A stretch of 64,000 nt of DNA from Candidatus Borrarchaeum weybense (GTDB lineage Archaea; Asgardarchaeota; Sifarchaeia; Borrarchaeales; Borrarchaeaceae), in the NCBI GenBank assembly GCA_019057385.1, contig JAHQJS010000004.1, positions 1 through 64,000 on the forward strand, in the 5' to 3' direction. Both the position numbers and the translations under genes were made by a program. Position 1 is the stretch's first letter. Each line of letters opens with the position of its first letter. Positions 37,725-48,807 of the stretch are shown here, piece by piece. The notes beneath the pieces were generated by a model. That model saw only the letters and a list, made by a program, of their open reading frames with translations, searched no databases and had not been told where the DNA came from.

Positions 37725-38891
37725 ATGAACGTTATTTCAGAGAGAATGAAGGATATTCCTCCATCTGGAACATTGAAAATGCTTGCAAAGTCAAAAGAAT
37801 TAGAACAAAAAGGAAGAAAAATAATACATCTAGAAGTAGGACAGCCTGATTTTGATACCCCCCTACATATCAAAGAAGCTGCAATCAGTGCGCTAAAAGA
37901 TGGATTTACGAAATACACTTCAAGCCAAGGTATCCCCCAATTATTAACAGCAATTGCGGAAGACACTAACAAGGATGATGTCTCAATCACACCTAAGAAT
38001 GTAATTGTAACGCCTGGTGCAAAGCATGCAATTCTTCTTGCAATGCTAGCAACGTTAAATCCAGGAGATGAGGTTTTAATTACAACACCAGCTTGGCCTA
38101 CTTATTTTACTTCAATAAAAATTGCAGGTGGAGTTGATGTTCAAATTCCAGTTGATGCTTATAATAAGAGCATTGTAGAGAAATTGAATAATGGAATTAC
38201 TCAAAAATCAAAGATGATTCTTATTAATTCGCCAAGTAACCCATTAGGAGATGTCATGGATAAGGAAGTATTAAACGAAATCTATCAACTTGCAGTTGAA
38301 CATGAATTAATGATTCTCTCTGATGAAATCTATCAAAAACTTGTATATAATAGTGATGAAAGAGCAGCTACTATTTTGGCTATAGATAAAGAATGTGAAA
38401 GGACGATAGTCATAAACGGGTTTTCGAAGGCTTATTCGATGACTGGCTGGCGTTTGGGTTATGCTGTAGCATCTTCTGAACTAGTTAAAAACATGATTCG
38501 AATTCAACAAAATTCTACTACATGTCCAACTAGTTTTGTACAGATAGCAGGTGTTGCTGCTTTGCAAGGCTCTCAAATGCCAGTAAAGCGCATGGTAGAG
38601 CGATTTAATGAGCGAAGAATGGAAATAACGCGTTTATTAAATGATATTAATGGCGTAAGATGCAATCTACCTCAAGGTGCATTTTACGTATTTCCTGACT
38701 TCTCCGAACTAAAAATTACATCAGAAGCACTCGCATTAGAATTACTTGAAGAAAAGGGTGTAGCAACAGCACCGGGTACAGTATTTGGAAAAGGTGGCGA
38801 ATATCATCTAAGATTATCTTATGCCAATTCTCTAGAAGAAATACGTCATGGAGCAACCCTAATTAAAGAATTCGTGGAAGATGAAATTTAG
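37725..38891 (+). CDS. Class I/II PLP aminotransferase (aspartate aminotransferase-like)
   Basis: GQPDF, NSPSNP, SDEIY, GFSKAYSMTGWRLG. Confidence 0.93.
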   Translation: MNVISERMKDIPPSGTLKMLAKSKELEQKGRKIIHLEVGQPDFDTPLHIKEAAISALKDGFTKYTSSQGIPQLLTAIAEDTNKDDVSITPKNVIVTPGAKHAILLAMLATLNPGDEVLITTPAWPTYFTSIKIAGGVDVQIPVDAYNKSIVEKLNNGITQKSKMILINSPSNPLGDVMDKEVLNEIYQLAVEHELMILSDEIYQKLVYNSDERAATILAIDKECERTIVINGFSKAYSMTGWRLGYAVASSELVKNMIRIQQNSTTCPTSFVQIAGVAALQGSQMPVKRMVERFNERRMEITRLLNDINGVRCNLPQGAFYVFPDFSELKITSEALALELLEEKGVATAPGTVFGKGGEYHLRLSYANSLEEIRHGATLIKEFVEDEI

Positions 38892-39007
38892 AAATATGAT
38901 ATTCTAGAGTTTCTGTTAAGTTAACTATATATCGCTATAACTTGATGTTTAAGCAGATCTAATAAATAATTGGTGCCTTTGTCAGACTAACTTTTGAGGC
39001 AATTTCT

Positions 39008-39214
39008 TTGAACTCCATAAATGAAAACAATAATTCCTTCAACGATGAAGATGGAATTTTAGTAGAGGAACAAGAAATTACTGGTTTCAAATGTGGAGTT
39101 TGCGGAGCTAATTTAAAAGTAAGAGTTTATTTTAAAGATGACAATTTCTCTAGAAGAATCAGCTGCCCAAATTGCAAGTATAGTATAACTCCTTCCGAAA
39201 GAAAGCCTCTTTAA
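39008..39214 (+). CDS. Small zinc-finger protein
   Basis: CGVCG and CPNC knuckles; SD GAGG. Confidence 0.65.
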   Translation: MNSINENNNSFNDEDGILVEEQEITGFKCGVCGANLKVRVYFKDDNFSRRISCPNCKYSITPSERKPL

Positions 39215-39250
39215 CAATCCTTAAGCGTGCTTTCTGTTCTCTAAATTCTC

Positions 39251-39760
39251 TCAAGATGAATTTTCTGTCCAATCCTTTCTAAGTCTTAAAATTTGGCGAA
39301 CTATTTTAGATGAACTATTTAATTCTTCATTACCGAATTTTGATAACCTTACAATTTCACATTCAATATTTCTCTCTTTTAATTCTTCTTCTAACCACGT
39401 TATTGCAGGCCATTGATCATATCCAATTGCAACTATATCTGGACGTAGTTCTTCTAAAATCTTTAACTTATCACCGCCTTCTGTCCCTAAAAGTGCTTTA
39501 TCAACTGATTTTATCGAAGCTACAAGAGCCCTTCTGTGTTCTTCAGAAAAAATAGGCTTTTTTCCTTTCATTGATTCCACAGAAGAATCACGTGAAATAA
39601 CGACAATTAATTCTGAAGAATCACCGCCTAATTTTTTCGCTTCTTCTAGATATTTTACATGTCCATAATGGAGGATATCAAAGGTACCAAAACATAAAAC
39701 ACGCTTCCTTCGAGCAGATTCTGAATGAAATATTGGTTTTGACAATACAGAGCACCACAT
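39251..39760 (-). CDS. ribL: Archaeal FAD synthetase (cytidylyltransferase family)
   Basis: GTFDILHYGH, RPDIVAIGYDQ, SSSKI. Confidence 0.85.
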   Translation of the reverse strand: MWCSVLSKPIFHSESARRKRVLCFGTFDILHYGHVKYLEEAKKLGGDSSELIVVISRDSSVESMKGKKPIFSEEHRRALVASIKSVDKALLGTEGGDKLKILEELRPDIVAIGYDQWPAITWLEEELKERNIECEIVRLSKFGNEELNSSSKIVRQILRLRKDWTENSS

Positions 39761-39902
39761 TATTCTATTAAAACTGATTTGACTCCCTATATAGTTTGAA
39801 TGAAATCGTATTTATTCTATTGAAGTTTGATTCTTGATGAAGAGACAGGTTATGAGTTTAAAGTGATATTGTTGACGTTTGGTTGGACTTACAAGAATAA
39901 TG

Positions 39903-39940
39903 ATGATAACGAAATTTAAAAAAGCGTCTGTGGTTATCAT
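39903..39940 (+). promoter_or_regulatory. cdc48 promoter: BRE/TATA bracketed by an 8-bp inverted repeat
   Basis: ATGATAAC-GAAATTTAAAAAAGCGTCTGTG-GTTATCAT. Confidence 0.5.
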
Positions 39941-40015
39941 AAGTGTAGATGCATAAACATATTAGAATTTGCATTAAGAATAATTCATTCTAATTATAAG
40001 TGGAGGTATCCTTAA

Positions 40016-42199
40016 TTGGCCGATAAAATAATAACCGTGAAAACTGCGGAGGCACGACAGAGAGATGTAGGTCGTGGGAAGGTTCGTATTGATGGAGCGG
40101 CAATGCGTTCCATAAGTGTCACTACAGGTGATGTTATAGAAATACAAGGAAAGAAAACAACAGCTGCCATTGCTTGGCCTGCTTACCCCGAGGATCAAGG
40201 AAGTGGGATCATCCGGATGGATGGAATCATCCGTAGAAATTGTGGTGTTACTCTAGGTGAAAGGGTAAAGATAAAAAAAGCAGATGTTAAAGCTGCGCGT
40301 TCTATCACAATAGCACCTACTTCTATGCCACTTTCGATCGATTATGGATTTGAAAATTTTGTTAAGAGAAAACTATTAGGATATCCTGTATGTCGGGGTG
40401 ATACCGTACTTATCCCAATTTTAGGAAGAGCGATGCCTTTCAGCATTGTATCGACTACACCAAAAGGAATTTGTCTTGTAACAGATGCTACCTCCTTAAA
40501 TGTAAGTGAAAAGCCATTAACTGACACTGACACTGGTTTTCCAAGAGTAAGTTATGAAGATATAGGAGGACTTTCTGAAGAGATTATTAGAATTCGAGAA
40601 ATGGTTGAATTACCATTAAAACATCCCGAATTGTTTAAAAGATTAGGTATTGATCCACCAAAAGGAGTTTTGTTACATGGTCCTCCTGGTTGTGGTAAAA
40701 CACTTATTGCAAAAGCAGTGGCCAGTGAATCGGATGCTCATTTCATTCCAATAAATGGACCCGAAATTATGAGTAAATTCTACGGGGAGTCAGAACAAAG
40801 ACTACGACAACTTTTCAAGGAAGCTGAAGAGAATTCACCAAGTATTGTTTTTATTGATGAAATAGATGCTATCGCTCCAAAACGAGAAGAAGTGACAGGA
40901 GAGGTAGAAAGAAGAGTTGTTGCACAACTTTTAGCTTTAATGGACGGATTAGTGGCTCGTGGACAAGTTGTAGTCGTTGGCGCCACTAATCGGGTGAATG
41001 CCATAGATCCCGCCTTAAGGAGACCAGGCAGATTCGATAGAGAAATAGAAATTGGAGTTCCAGATAAAATTGGACGCCAAGAGATTCTACTTATTCATAC
41101 GCGTGGTATGCCTTTAGCTGAAGATGTTCAACTGACTCGAATTTCTGAAATAACTCACGGATTTGTAGGTGCAGATCTCACTGCTTTATGTCGCGAAGCT
41201 GCTATGAAGTCATTAAGAAGATATCTTCCTAAAATTAACTTAGAAGAAGATGTAATCCCTCCAGAAATCTTAAATACTCTTGAAGTTAATATGGAGGATT
41301 GTTTAAACGCATTAAAAGAGGTACAGCCATCAGCAATAAGAGAAGTCCATATAGAGATGCCAAACATTAATTGGGAAGATATAGGTGGCTTGGAAATTGT
41401 AAAGCAAGAACTAATTGAAGCTGTCGAATGGCCCTTAAAAAAGCCTGAAGCGTTTAAGAGATTGGGTATTGCACCTCCAAAAGGTATTTTGTTATATGGT
41501 CCCCCTGGCTGCGGTAAAACTTTGCTTGCAAAAGCCGTTGCCACAGAAAGCGAAGCCAATTTCATAAGCATCAAAGGTCCAGAGGTTTTATCAAAATGGG
41601 TTGGCGAATCTGAAAAAGCTATTAGAGAAGTCTTCCGAAAGGCTAGGATGGCATCTCCAGCGATTATTTTCTTTGATGAAATTGACGCAATAGTGCCAAG
41701 ACGCGGTACAGGCTTTGGCGACTCTCATGTAACTGAACGAGTTATTAGCCAAATTTTGACGGAAGTTGATGGTCTTGAATCTTTACAGAATGTTGTAGTG
41801 ATCGCTGCTACCAATCGCCCTGACATAGTAGATCCAGCAGTGCTTAGACCAGGTAGGACTGATCGGCTTATTTTAGTACCCCCGCCTGACAAAAATGAAC
41901 GTCTTGAAATCTTTAAGATTTATACGCATGAAATGCCAATTAGTGAAGACGTTGATCTAGAAAAACTAGCTAATGCCGCAGAAGGCTACGCGGGGTCTGA
42001 TATTGAAGCCTTATGCCGAGAGGCGGCAATGCTCGCATTACGGGACAATGAGGATGCAGAAGAAGTTGAAGCACAATATTTCACCGATGCTATGAAGAAA
42101 ATTCATCCTACAGTTACTGCAGATGTAATTCGCTGGTATGAAAGACAATCAGAACACTTTAGAAGAACTAAAGTCAAAGCACAACCTCAGTTCGTTTAA
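40016..42199 (+). CDS. cdc48: AAA+ ATPase Cdc48/VCP
   Basis: N domain plus two AAA modules (GPPGCGKT twice, DEID, RPGR). Confidence 0.97.
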   Translation: MADKIITVKTAEARQRDVGRGKVRIDGAAMRSISVTTGDVIEIQGKKTTAAIAWPAYPEDQGSGIIRMDGIIRRNCGVTLGERVKIKKADVKAARSITIAPTSMPLSIDYGFENFVKRKLLGYPVCRGDTVLIPILGRAMPFSIVSTTPKGICLVTDATSLNVSEKPLTDTDTGFPRVSYEDIGGLSEEIIRIREMVELPLKHPELFKRLGIDPPKGVLLHGPPGCGKTLIAKAVASESDAHFIPINGPEIMSKFYGESEQRLRQLFKEAEENSPSIVFIDEIDAIAPKREEVTGEVERRVVAQLLALMDGLVARGQVVVVGATNRVNAIDPALRRPGRFDREIEIGVPDKIGRQEILLIHTRGMPLAEDVQLTRISEITHGFVGADLTALCREAAMKSLRRYLPKINLEEDVIPPEILNTLEVNMEDCLNALKEVQPSAIREVHIEMPNINWEDIGGLEIVKQELIEAVEWPLKKPEAFKRLGIAPPKGILLYGPPGCGKTLLAKAVATESEANFISIKGPEVLSKWVGESEKAIREVFRKARMASPAIIFFDEIDAIVPRRGTGFGDSHVTERVISQILTEVDGLESLQNVVVIAATNRPDIVDPAVLRPGRTDRLILVPPPDKNERLEIFKIYTHEMPISEDVDLEKLANAAEGYAGSDIEALCREAAMLALRDNEDAEEVEAQYFTDAMKKIHPTVTADVIRWYERQSEHFRRTKVKAQPQFV

Positions 42200-42463
42200 C
42201 AAATATTTTCTTATTTTCCCATATCAAGATTTTTTCCCCTACTCAATATTGAAGACTCGCAATTATTTTTTTTGAGTTATAAGACTGGTAGATCAGAAGA
42301 GATCATTTAAAAAAGAAAAAGTTTAAATTTTGAGGAAAACTAAAGCCGTTATCACAATCAAGTCAGCTAATCTTAAGAAAGAATAAATCGGGCTCGCAAT
42401 ATTTAGATGGCTTAAATCCTATCTACAATTCTGAAATTATCCGTGAAAGAAGAGGTTTAGAGC

Positions 42464-43639
42464 GTGACTGGTGTATCCATGAAAATTTTAATGACAATGC
42501 CTTCATTTTTGCCGCATAGAGGCGGCAGCGAAATAATGGCATATGAACTTGCAAAAAGACTCGTTGAACTAGGTCACGAAGTGGTTGTCCATACTATTCA
42601 AAAAAAGGGCACACAGAAATACGAAAAAATAGACTGTATCGAAATTTATCGTTTCAAAGATATCAGACTCTTCCCAAAGCTATCAAAGATCACACTCGGA
42701 AAAATACCAGCAATTTTTTCATTTTCTGCAATCCCATCTTTATTTAAATTAGTAAAAAAAATACGTCCTCATATAATTCATAGTCATTTTATAGCAGATA
42801 CAGGGCTTGCTGCAATAATCGTTGGAAATTTACTAAAGATTCCAGTAATAACTTCTCTGCTTGGAAAAGACATCTTTGATCCTATCGATCCAGTTTCTAC
42901 CAAATGGCATGACACTCTGGTAAGGGTTATGGAGAATTCTTCCAGAGTAATAGCATGTAGTAAGGATCAAAAACTGCGAGCACAAGCTATGGGCGTTTCT
43001 TCGAACATCAAAATAATACCCCATGGGGTAAATATCCATCGATTTACACCAAAGATAAAAGAGGATCTCAAAAAAGAATTAGATATTGAAGGCCCATTGG
43101 TTCTATCTGTTCAGCGTCTTCATCCAAGAAAAGGATTGAAATATTTAATTGATGCAATTCCTACAGTTCTAGACAAAATACCTTCAGTAAAGTTTGTTAT
43201 TGTAGGAAAAGGACCCGAAAAAGCAAAGATAGAAAGACAGATCAAAATGCAAAAAATTGAAAATAATGTAAAATTAGTTGGCTTTGTGCCTGATGATGAA
43301 CTTGCACAGTATTATGCAAGCTGTAATTTATTCGTACTTCACTCTCTTTATGAAGCCTTTGGAATTGTTTTACTTGAGGCAATGGCTTCAGGCAAACCTG
43401 TTGTTGCAACTTCAGTAGGAGGAATCCCAGAAGTAGTGGCAGATAAAAAAAGTGGTCTATTAGTGTCATCTAAAAGTCCAAAGGCACTTGCGGATGCTAT
43501 CACTCAAATCTTACTTGATCCAGAGATGGCTCAAAAAATGGGAGACTATGGACGTACGTTAGCAGAGAGTCGATTTGATTGGGAAAAAATAGTAAATGAA
43601 TACCTTAAAACCTATCTTAACTATGATTTGTGTGCCTAA
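42464..43639 (+). CDS. GT4 glycosyltransferase
   Basis: GGSE, RKG, EAFGIVLLEAMA (EX7E). Confidence 0.92.
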   Translation: MTGVSMKILMTMPSFLPHRGGSEIMAYELAKRLVELGHEVVVHTIQKKGTQKYEKIDCIEIYRFKDIRLFPKLSKITLGKIPAIFSFSAIPSLFKLVKKIRPHIIHSHFIADTGLAAIIVGNLLKIPVITSLLGKDIFDPIDPVSTKWHDTLVRVMENSSRVIACSKDQKLRAQAMGVSSNIKIIPHGVNIHRFTPKIKEDLKKELDIEGPLVLSVQRLHPRKGLKYLIDAIPTVLDKIPSVKFVIVGKGPEKAKIERQIKMQKIENNVKLVGFVPDDELAQYYASCNLFVLHSLYEAFGIVLLEAMASGKPVVATSVGGIPEVVADKKSGLLVSSKSPKALADAITQILLDPEMAQKMGDYGRTLAESRFDWEKIVNEYLKTYLNYDLCA

Positions 43640-43712
43640 TCAAAAACTAATATAAAATAAAGCACATAGAGACTCACGAAAGGAGGCACAAAAAAAACAA
43701 TGGGGAAGGCTA

Positions 43713-44666
43713 TTGGTTCTGTTGCTTAGGGCATTAATCGATGAAACAAGAAACAGGTTAAATCTCGAATATATGGCTTTAATTATGCTTTTAGTCTCTC
43801 CCATACTCATTCAAGTTATTTCATCCTTTTGGCTTTATATATGGCTGATTATTTTTAGTATAATACTCGTAAATCGTATGCTAACAACTTATTTAAAAAC
43901 TAAGAGAACATTCTACTTTTTCTTAACATTTATAACAGTTTTTTTAATAGGAGTATTAGTAATTCAATTTTCCGAATCATTATTTTCTTTTTTTTTAAAT
44001 CTAGCTGATGTGGTTGTAAGTCAAATAATTGCTTTGACAATAGGAGTTATAGAGCTTATATTTCTTTCATTTTCTGCAGATTTTTATTCAAGGAAAACAG
44101 CAGAAAATCAAAAATACTTTATGTTAATTTTAATTATTTTTCTAATAGTGTTGATTTCAGAACAAGTGAATGAAATTATGTTAACTTTGGGAGTATTGAA
44201 GATAGGAACTTTTCAATTACCCTTTATGATAAATCCTACATTAGGGATGACGATAAATCTTTGGACTTTACTCACTTTTATTCTTATTATCATTTTAACA
44301 CTGTTTTTGCTACAATTTTTCGAAATAGAGAGGAATACATTCATTTTTTGGCTATTTATTGTAAGCTCAATAATACTAATTACCGGAATTGTTTTACTAG
44401 TTAATTTACATAGGTTTAATCTTCAATTATCTCATTTAACTAAGGAATTACTATTACGGATTTTTATCCTAACAATAATCTTCCCAATTTTCTATGTATT
44501 TTATCTTGGGGTGTCTAGCAATACTAAAGATTATAAACTAAGGAATGGAATCTGTTATATGACTTTAGGGTTTCTTTATTTGCTTTATTTTCCACTTGAA
44601 GCAACATTGTTAGTTGAAATTCTATTTATAGGAGGTTTAGAAGAATTATATATTAGAACGCAGTGA
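43713..44666 (+). CDS. Polytopic membrane protein of unknown function
   Basis: Many hydrophobic segments; coupled to the next gene by a GTGA overlap. Confidence 0.65.
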   Translation: MVLLLRALIDETRNRLNLEYMALIMLLVSPILIQVISSFWLYIWLIIFSIILVNRMLTTYLKTKRTFYFFLTFITVFLIGVLVIQFSESLFSFFLNLADVVVSQIIALTIGVIELIFLSFSADFYSRKTAENQKYFMLILIIFLIVLISEQVNEIMLTLGVLKIGTFQLPFMINPTLGMTINLWTLLTFILIIILTLFLLQFFEIERNTFIFWLFIVSSIILITGIVLLVNLHRFNLQLSHLTKELLLRIFILTIIFPIFYVFYLGVSSNTKDYKLRNGICYMTLGFLYLLYFPLEATLLVEILFIGGLEELYIRTQ

Positions 44667-45616
44667 AAACAACACCTTTCAAAACAAAAGAGTCCACTAA
44701 AGGAGTTAAATTGATGAAAATAAAATACGTTCCCTTGGTTCTAATCATAATCTGTATATTTGGTACTTTCAATCTACATAACACACTGCTTTTTTTTCCA
44801 TCACCTCCTGTTGAAAGTGCACCTGTGAATCAATGGTTTGCTGAAGATGCCAATGTTGTAGTTTCATTGACTTTTGATGCGGAGGGTGATGAAATTCAAC
44901 TTAACAGACTCATATCCTTTCTTGACTCTGAAAACATCAATGCAACATTTATGCTTAAAGGTGAGACGTGCGAAAAATATCCCGCTCTTGTTAAAAGGAT
45001 TGCCCATAAATTTGATTTGGGCAGTCATACATACACTCATCCACTGCTCACAGAGATATCTAAAGAGGCCCAATTAGATGAAATTCAAAGATCTAAAGAT
45101 ATTATTTACCGCACAACAGGAAAATACCCCTCAAGTTTTAGAGCACCATATTGTGATGGTCACAAATCGTATAACAAATATACGTTTGAGAATTTGTTAT
45201 TATCTGAAATCTATATTGATTCATCAATTGGCACTGTGACAACCGCACCGATTTCCCCCCCAAAAGACCTTAAACAATTCTTTCCAGAATATCCGTATCC
45301 ATATGTTATTCAAATGGATGGTAGAATGATAATAGAAATCCCCTGGATATATCCTTCTGATTCAATAGCATATGATAACTCAAATACTTTGGATCAAATC
45401 CTTTACATTTGGAAACTTGCTTTTGAGTATTGTTATGAACAGAAAGGTGTTTATGTCCTACTTTTACATCCAGGACGCACGGGAAAGTACATAGAGAGAA
45501 TAACACTCTTAAAAACCTTAATTGAGTTTATGAGACAATATGACGGAGTGTACTTTTCCTCAATTTCTACAATAGCATCTAGGTTTTCCGATTGGAAAAA
45601 TATTAATAAGGAATGA
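44663..45616 (+). CDS. Polysaccharide deacetylase (NodB/CE4), membrane-anchored
   Basis: LTFD, SHTYTH, FRAPY, LLLHP; N-terminal TM. Confidence 0.88.
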   Translation: MKTTPFKTKESTKGVKLMKIKYVPLVLIIICIFGTFNLHNTLLFFPSPPVESAPVNQWFAEDANVVVSLTFDAEGDEIQLNRLISFLDSENINATFMLKGETCEKYPALVKRIAHKFDLGSHTYTHPLLTEISKEAQLDEIQRSKDIIYRTTGKYPSSFRAPYCDGHKSYNKYTFENLLLSEIYIDSSIGTVTTAPISPPKDLKQFFPEYPYPYVIQMDGRMIIEIPWIYPSDSIAYDNSNTLDQILYIWKLAFEYCYEQKGVYVLLLHPGRTGKYIERITLLKTLIEFMRQYDGVYFSSISTIASRFSDWKNINKE

Positions 45617-45778
45617 CTAGCCGTTAATGTGGAACGATTTGTCCAACTTTAGGGATATTTGGCAATTCAATTAATCACTGTTGGACACCCTTTTCTACTT
45701 GAAAATGATATACAACCTTATTTGGATATAATACCACAATTTAGCCACACTATAAAGTGAAGACCTATAGTGATCTAG

Positions 45779-47299
45779 ATGAACAAATCCCATACTACAC
45801 TCTCAAGAGCTCTTACGGGTACATCCATACTCTTCGAGAAAAGATCTACTTTAATAGTATCAATTATTTCAGTTCTTTTTTTTGTCTCAAGACTCCTTAT
45901 ATTGCAAAATCATCAGGCGACTTGGGCAGATGAGTCCCATTTTCTTCTTGCTGCCGAAGACATATTAAACGGAGGCGTTGGAGTCTCTTTTTTTCACGGT
46001 GAACTTTATCAGTGCATTATTGCAGCATTTAGTCTTTTTATTGGTTTTAGTTTCTTCACAGGAAAACTAACTTCCACTATTGTCGCAACATTATTGATTC
46101 CATTGTTTTACATGTTTAATAAACAACTTTTTGGAAGAAAGTGGGGTGTGGTAGCGGCTTTTTTACTATCTCTTAATCCCGGGGTCTTTTGGCTAAGCTA
46201 TATGGTTCTAACAGAAGGATTATTTACATTAGTTGTACTTTTAGTATTTGTGATTATCAATAGAACGGAAAATAGCAAAGTATTGTGGGGTTTTGCTGGT
46301 TTTTTTATGGGTCTTGTTTATTTAACGAGGTATGTTGGCGCATTACTCATACTTTGTTTTCTTATCTTTATCTTCTTAAAAATCGGAAATCTAAGGCACG
46401 AAAAAGGACTTTTAATTGCTATACTTATGATTTTCATAGTTCTTCTCCCCGATTTTTATATTAAGACCGTTCTATTTGGGAATCCTTTTCATCAAGGATA
46501 TACACAGTATTACGTTAGACCAACCGAATTTCATCTAGCTATTACTTTTCGGGAGCTAGCAGGCGGAATAACGGCATCGCTGAAAGTCTTAGTACTCCTT
46601 GTAACATCAATTGGTGTTTTATTTTCTATAAGTTATATTATATTGAAAAAAGATCACAAAAAGAACAGAGAATTCTTTATTTTTCTTCTACTATGGATAT
46701 GTATTCACTTTACGCTTCACGCATTATATACAGGTGTGTCATTGCACAGCAGAATTCGATATATATTCCCGATTACACCATTCTTAATCTCATTTAGTAT
46801 CGGTTTTTTAAAGAGCAGTTATGAAAATATGAATAAGTTATTTTCAAAAAAAGACGTTGCTCACAATTCTTTCACGGTATTTGCCCTTCTTTTTATAATA
46901 ATCTTTTCAATTGCATCATCATTTGGCACATTTTCGCTCATTGGAGGAAATCAAATCTCTGAAGGAGGAGCGAGAGCGTATAAAGACGCTTGCCTTTGGA
47001 TAAATGAAAATTCTAATGAAGATGCAATAGTTGCGGCTCCTATCCAGGGTTCAACACGTTTTCATTCTAAAAGAACTGTTGTTGTTCTCCCTTTAAAAGA
47101 GCAAGAACAAACAAATCTATTACAATTTTTTGACGAGAACAGTGTTAATTATTTTATTATAGATACTAGATATGGGCAGAAATCTCCCCTCTATAGAAAA
47201 TTTCTCTATCAAACGGAAGTACCTAATAACTTTCACCTAGTATTTGAGAAGGCTGAAGATACCATAGGTTATGTTGTTGTAGTATACAAGATCTGCTGA
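45779..47299 (+). CDS. GT-C (PMT/ArnT-like) membrane glycosyltransferase
   Basis: WADE after TM1, VLTE, TRY, RYIFP; C-terminal soluble domain. Confidence 0.8.
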   Translation: MNKSHTTLSRALTGTSILFEKRSTLIVSIISVLFFVSRLLILQNHQATWADESHFLLAAEDILNGGVGVSFFHGELYQCIIAAFSLFIGFSFFTGKLTSTIVATLLIPLFYMFNKQLFGRKWGVVAAFLLSLNPGVFWLSYMVLTEGLFTLVVLLVFVIINRTENSKVLWGFAGFFMGLVYLTRYVGALLILCFLIFIFLKIGNLRHEKGLLIAILMIFIVLLPDFYIKTVLFGNPFHQGYTQYYVRPTEFHLAITFRELAGGITASLKVLVLLVTSIGVLFSISYIILKKDHKKNREFFIFLLLWICIHFTLHALYTGVSLHSRIRYIFPITPFLISFSIGFLKSSYENMNKLFSKKDVAHNSFTVFALLFIIIFSIASSFGTFSLIGGNQISEGGARAYKDACLWINENSNEDAIVAAPIQGSTRFHSKRTVVVLPLKEQEQTNLLQFFDENSVNYFIIDTRYGQKSPLYRKFLYQTEVPNNFHLVFEKAEDTIGYVVVVYKIC

Positions 47300-47334
47300 G
47301 ACTCTTTAAAAAATGAAATTTGGAGTGCAAATAA

Positions 47335-47712
47335 ATGCCTTACATGTCACAAAAGTCGAGATTTATTAGAGAAAAAGTAGACTGGATACTTATCATTGGG
47401 CTAACTGCAACAATGGTGCCCGCAATTCTGATTTCCGAATTGAGTTTATACTATAAATACTATATTGGCGTGCTAACGTTCATATTGCCGGGATACACAG
47501 TAACTAAGGTTTTGCTCTTCGGTCAATTAGAACTTGAAGTAGTTGAGATTACAACAATCAGCATTATAATAAGTTTACTAACTACTGGATTATTTGTTTT
47601 TGTCCTAAGTATTGTCAGCTTAGTTCAGATATGGGCACTTACATTGTTGCACACTTTACTAATTGCAATTTCTATTGTAGTGTCTTTCATTAAAACTTCC
47701 GCTTTTAAGTAA
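47335..47712 (+). CDS. Small DUF1616-like membrane protein
   Basis: FILPGY...E...SIIISL pattern similar to 8460-9083. Confidence 0.6.
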   Translation: MPYMSQKSRFIREKVDWILIIGLTATMVPAILISELSLYYKYYIGVLTFILPGYTVTKVLLFGQLELEVVEITTISIIISLLTTGLFVFVLSIVSLVQIWALTLLHTLLIAISIVVSFIKTSAFK

Positions 47713-47867
47713 AATTCTTAAGAACTATCATTAAGAAGCTGCTCACATTAGTTTTTAAAACAATCTCGGGAGTTGGAATATCATTTAAAATCCTGAAAAA
47801 TTACAATTTTTCTGTTTCTCGGTAAAAATAACAAAAAAAGACTCTACTTTTGGGCTACAATTCGCCG

Positions 47868-48560
47868 TTACCATAAATTTTTGAATATAGGTCTTAACAT
47901 ATTTAACCAATCAACAAGAGGCCTCATTTTAGAATATCCAATTTTAGGAAAATGCTTTTTTGCCGGGATTTCCTTCACTTTATATCCTTTCTTAATGGTC
48001 TGTATTAGGAAATGTTGTTCAATACCATACTTAGCGTTCAGCCACTCTGCCGAAAAATCTATTTTATCTAGTAAAGCGACTTTAAACGCTTTATAACCCG
48101 TTGAAGCATCTCTTATCCATTTTTTTGCAACAATCGAAAAAACTATTGAATATAATCGCGTGGTTACTAGCCTAAATAAAGGTATATTTTTTACTGTAAC
48201 TAAATATCTACACCCTTGTATCATATCAAAATCATCATCTACAATGCCTTGTAGGAAAGTTTCTATCCTCCTCGGGTCATCTTGGCCATCACTTCCCATA
48301 ATTACGCCTATATCAAATCCCTTTTTTTTAATATAAGCAAAAGCAATTTTGAATGCGATTCCTAGGCCCTTGTTTTGTTTGAGGCTTATAATGGTGACAT
48401 TATATCTTTTTGCTTCATCAACTGTGTTGTCTGTGCTGCCATCATTGATTACCAATATTTCATCTACAAGCTCTCTTGGTACTTTACTCAGCACCTTACC
48501 GATTTTGCCTTCTTCATTATAAGCCGGCATCATTAATAGAACTTTATTTTCTTTGTACAT
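47868..48560 (-). CDS. GT2, dolichol-phosphate-sugar synthase (DPM1-like)
   Basis: PAYNEE, NDGSTD, NKGLG, SDGQD, DASTGYKA. Confidence 0.85.
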   Translation of the reverse strand: MYKENKVLLMMPAYNEEGKIGKVLSKVPRELVDEILVINDGSTDNTVDEAKRYNVTIISLKQNKGLGIAFKIAFAYIKKKGFDIGVIMGSDGQDDPRRIETFLQGIVDDDFDMIQGCRYLVTVKNIPLFRLVTTRLYSIVFSIVAKKWIRDASTGYKAFKVALLDKIDFSAEWLNAKYGIEQHFLIQTIKKGYKVKEIPAKKHFPKIGYSKMRPLVDWLNMLRPIFKNLW

Positions 48561-48807
48561 CTTTTCCTCATTCGTTTATTTTTTACAAAATCTCTGATAC
48601 TTTTAATTAACTTTATTTCTTTAACTAGCAGGATTACTGGAATAACATCATTCTTTTAAACATTCTAATTTACCAAAGCGTCATGTTTCAACATTATATA
48701 ATCTTTGTTCTACATCTATATAATCATTGACAAAGGTTGTTAATTGCTAACATTTTTAAATGCAATAGGCGACCTATGGCACGTATTCAGTGGACTGACA
48801 GTAACAG

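Noticed and set aside
39830-39900. Second C/D-like pattern (TTGATGA...ATGA...TTGTTGA...CTTA) upstream of cdc48
   Set aside because: All four boxes deviate from consensus and the D box is not CTGA
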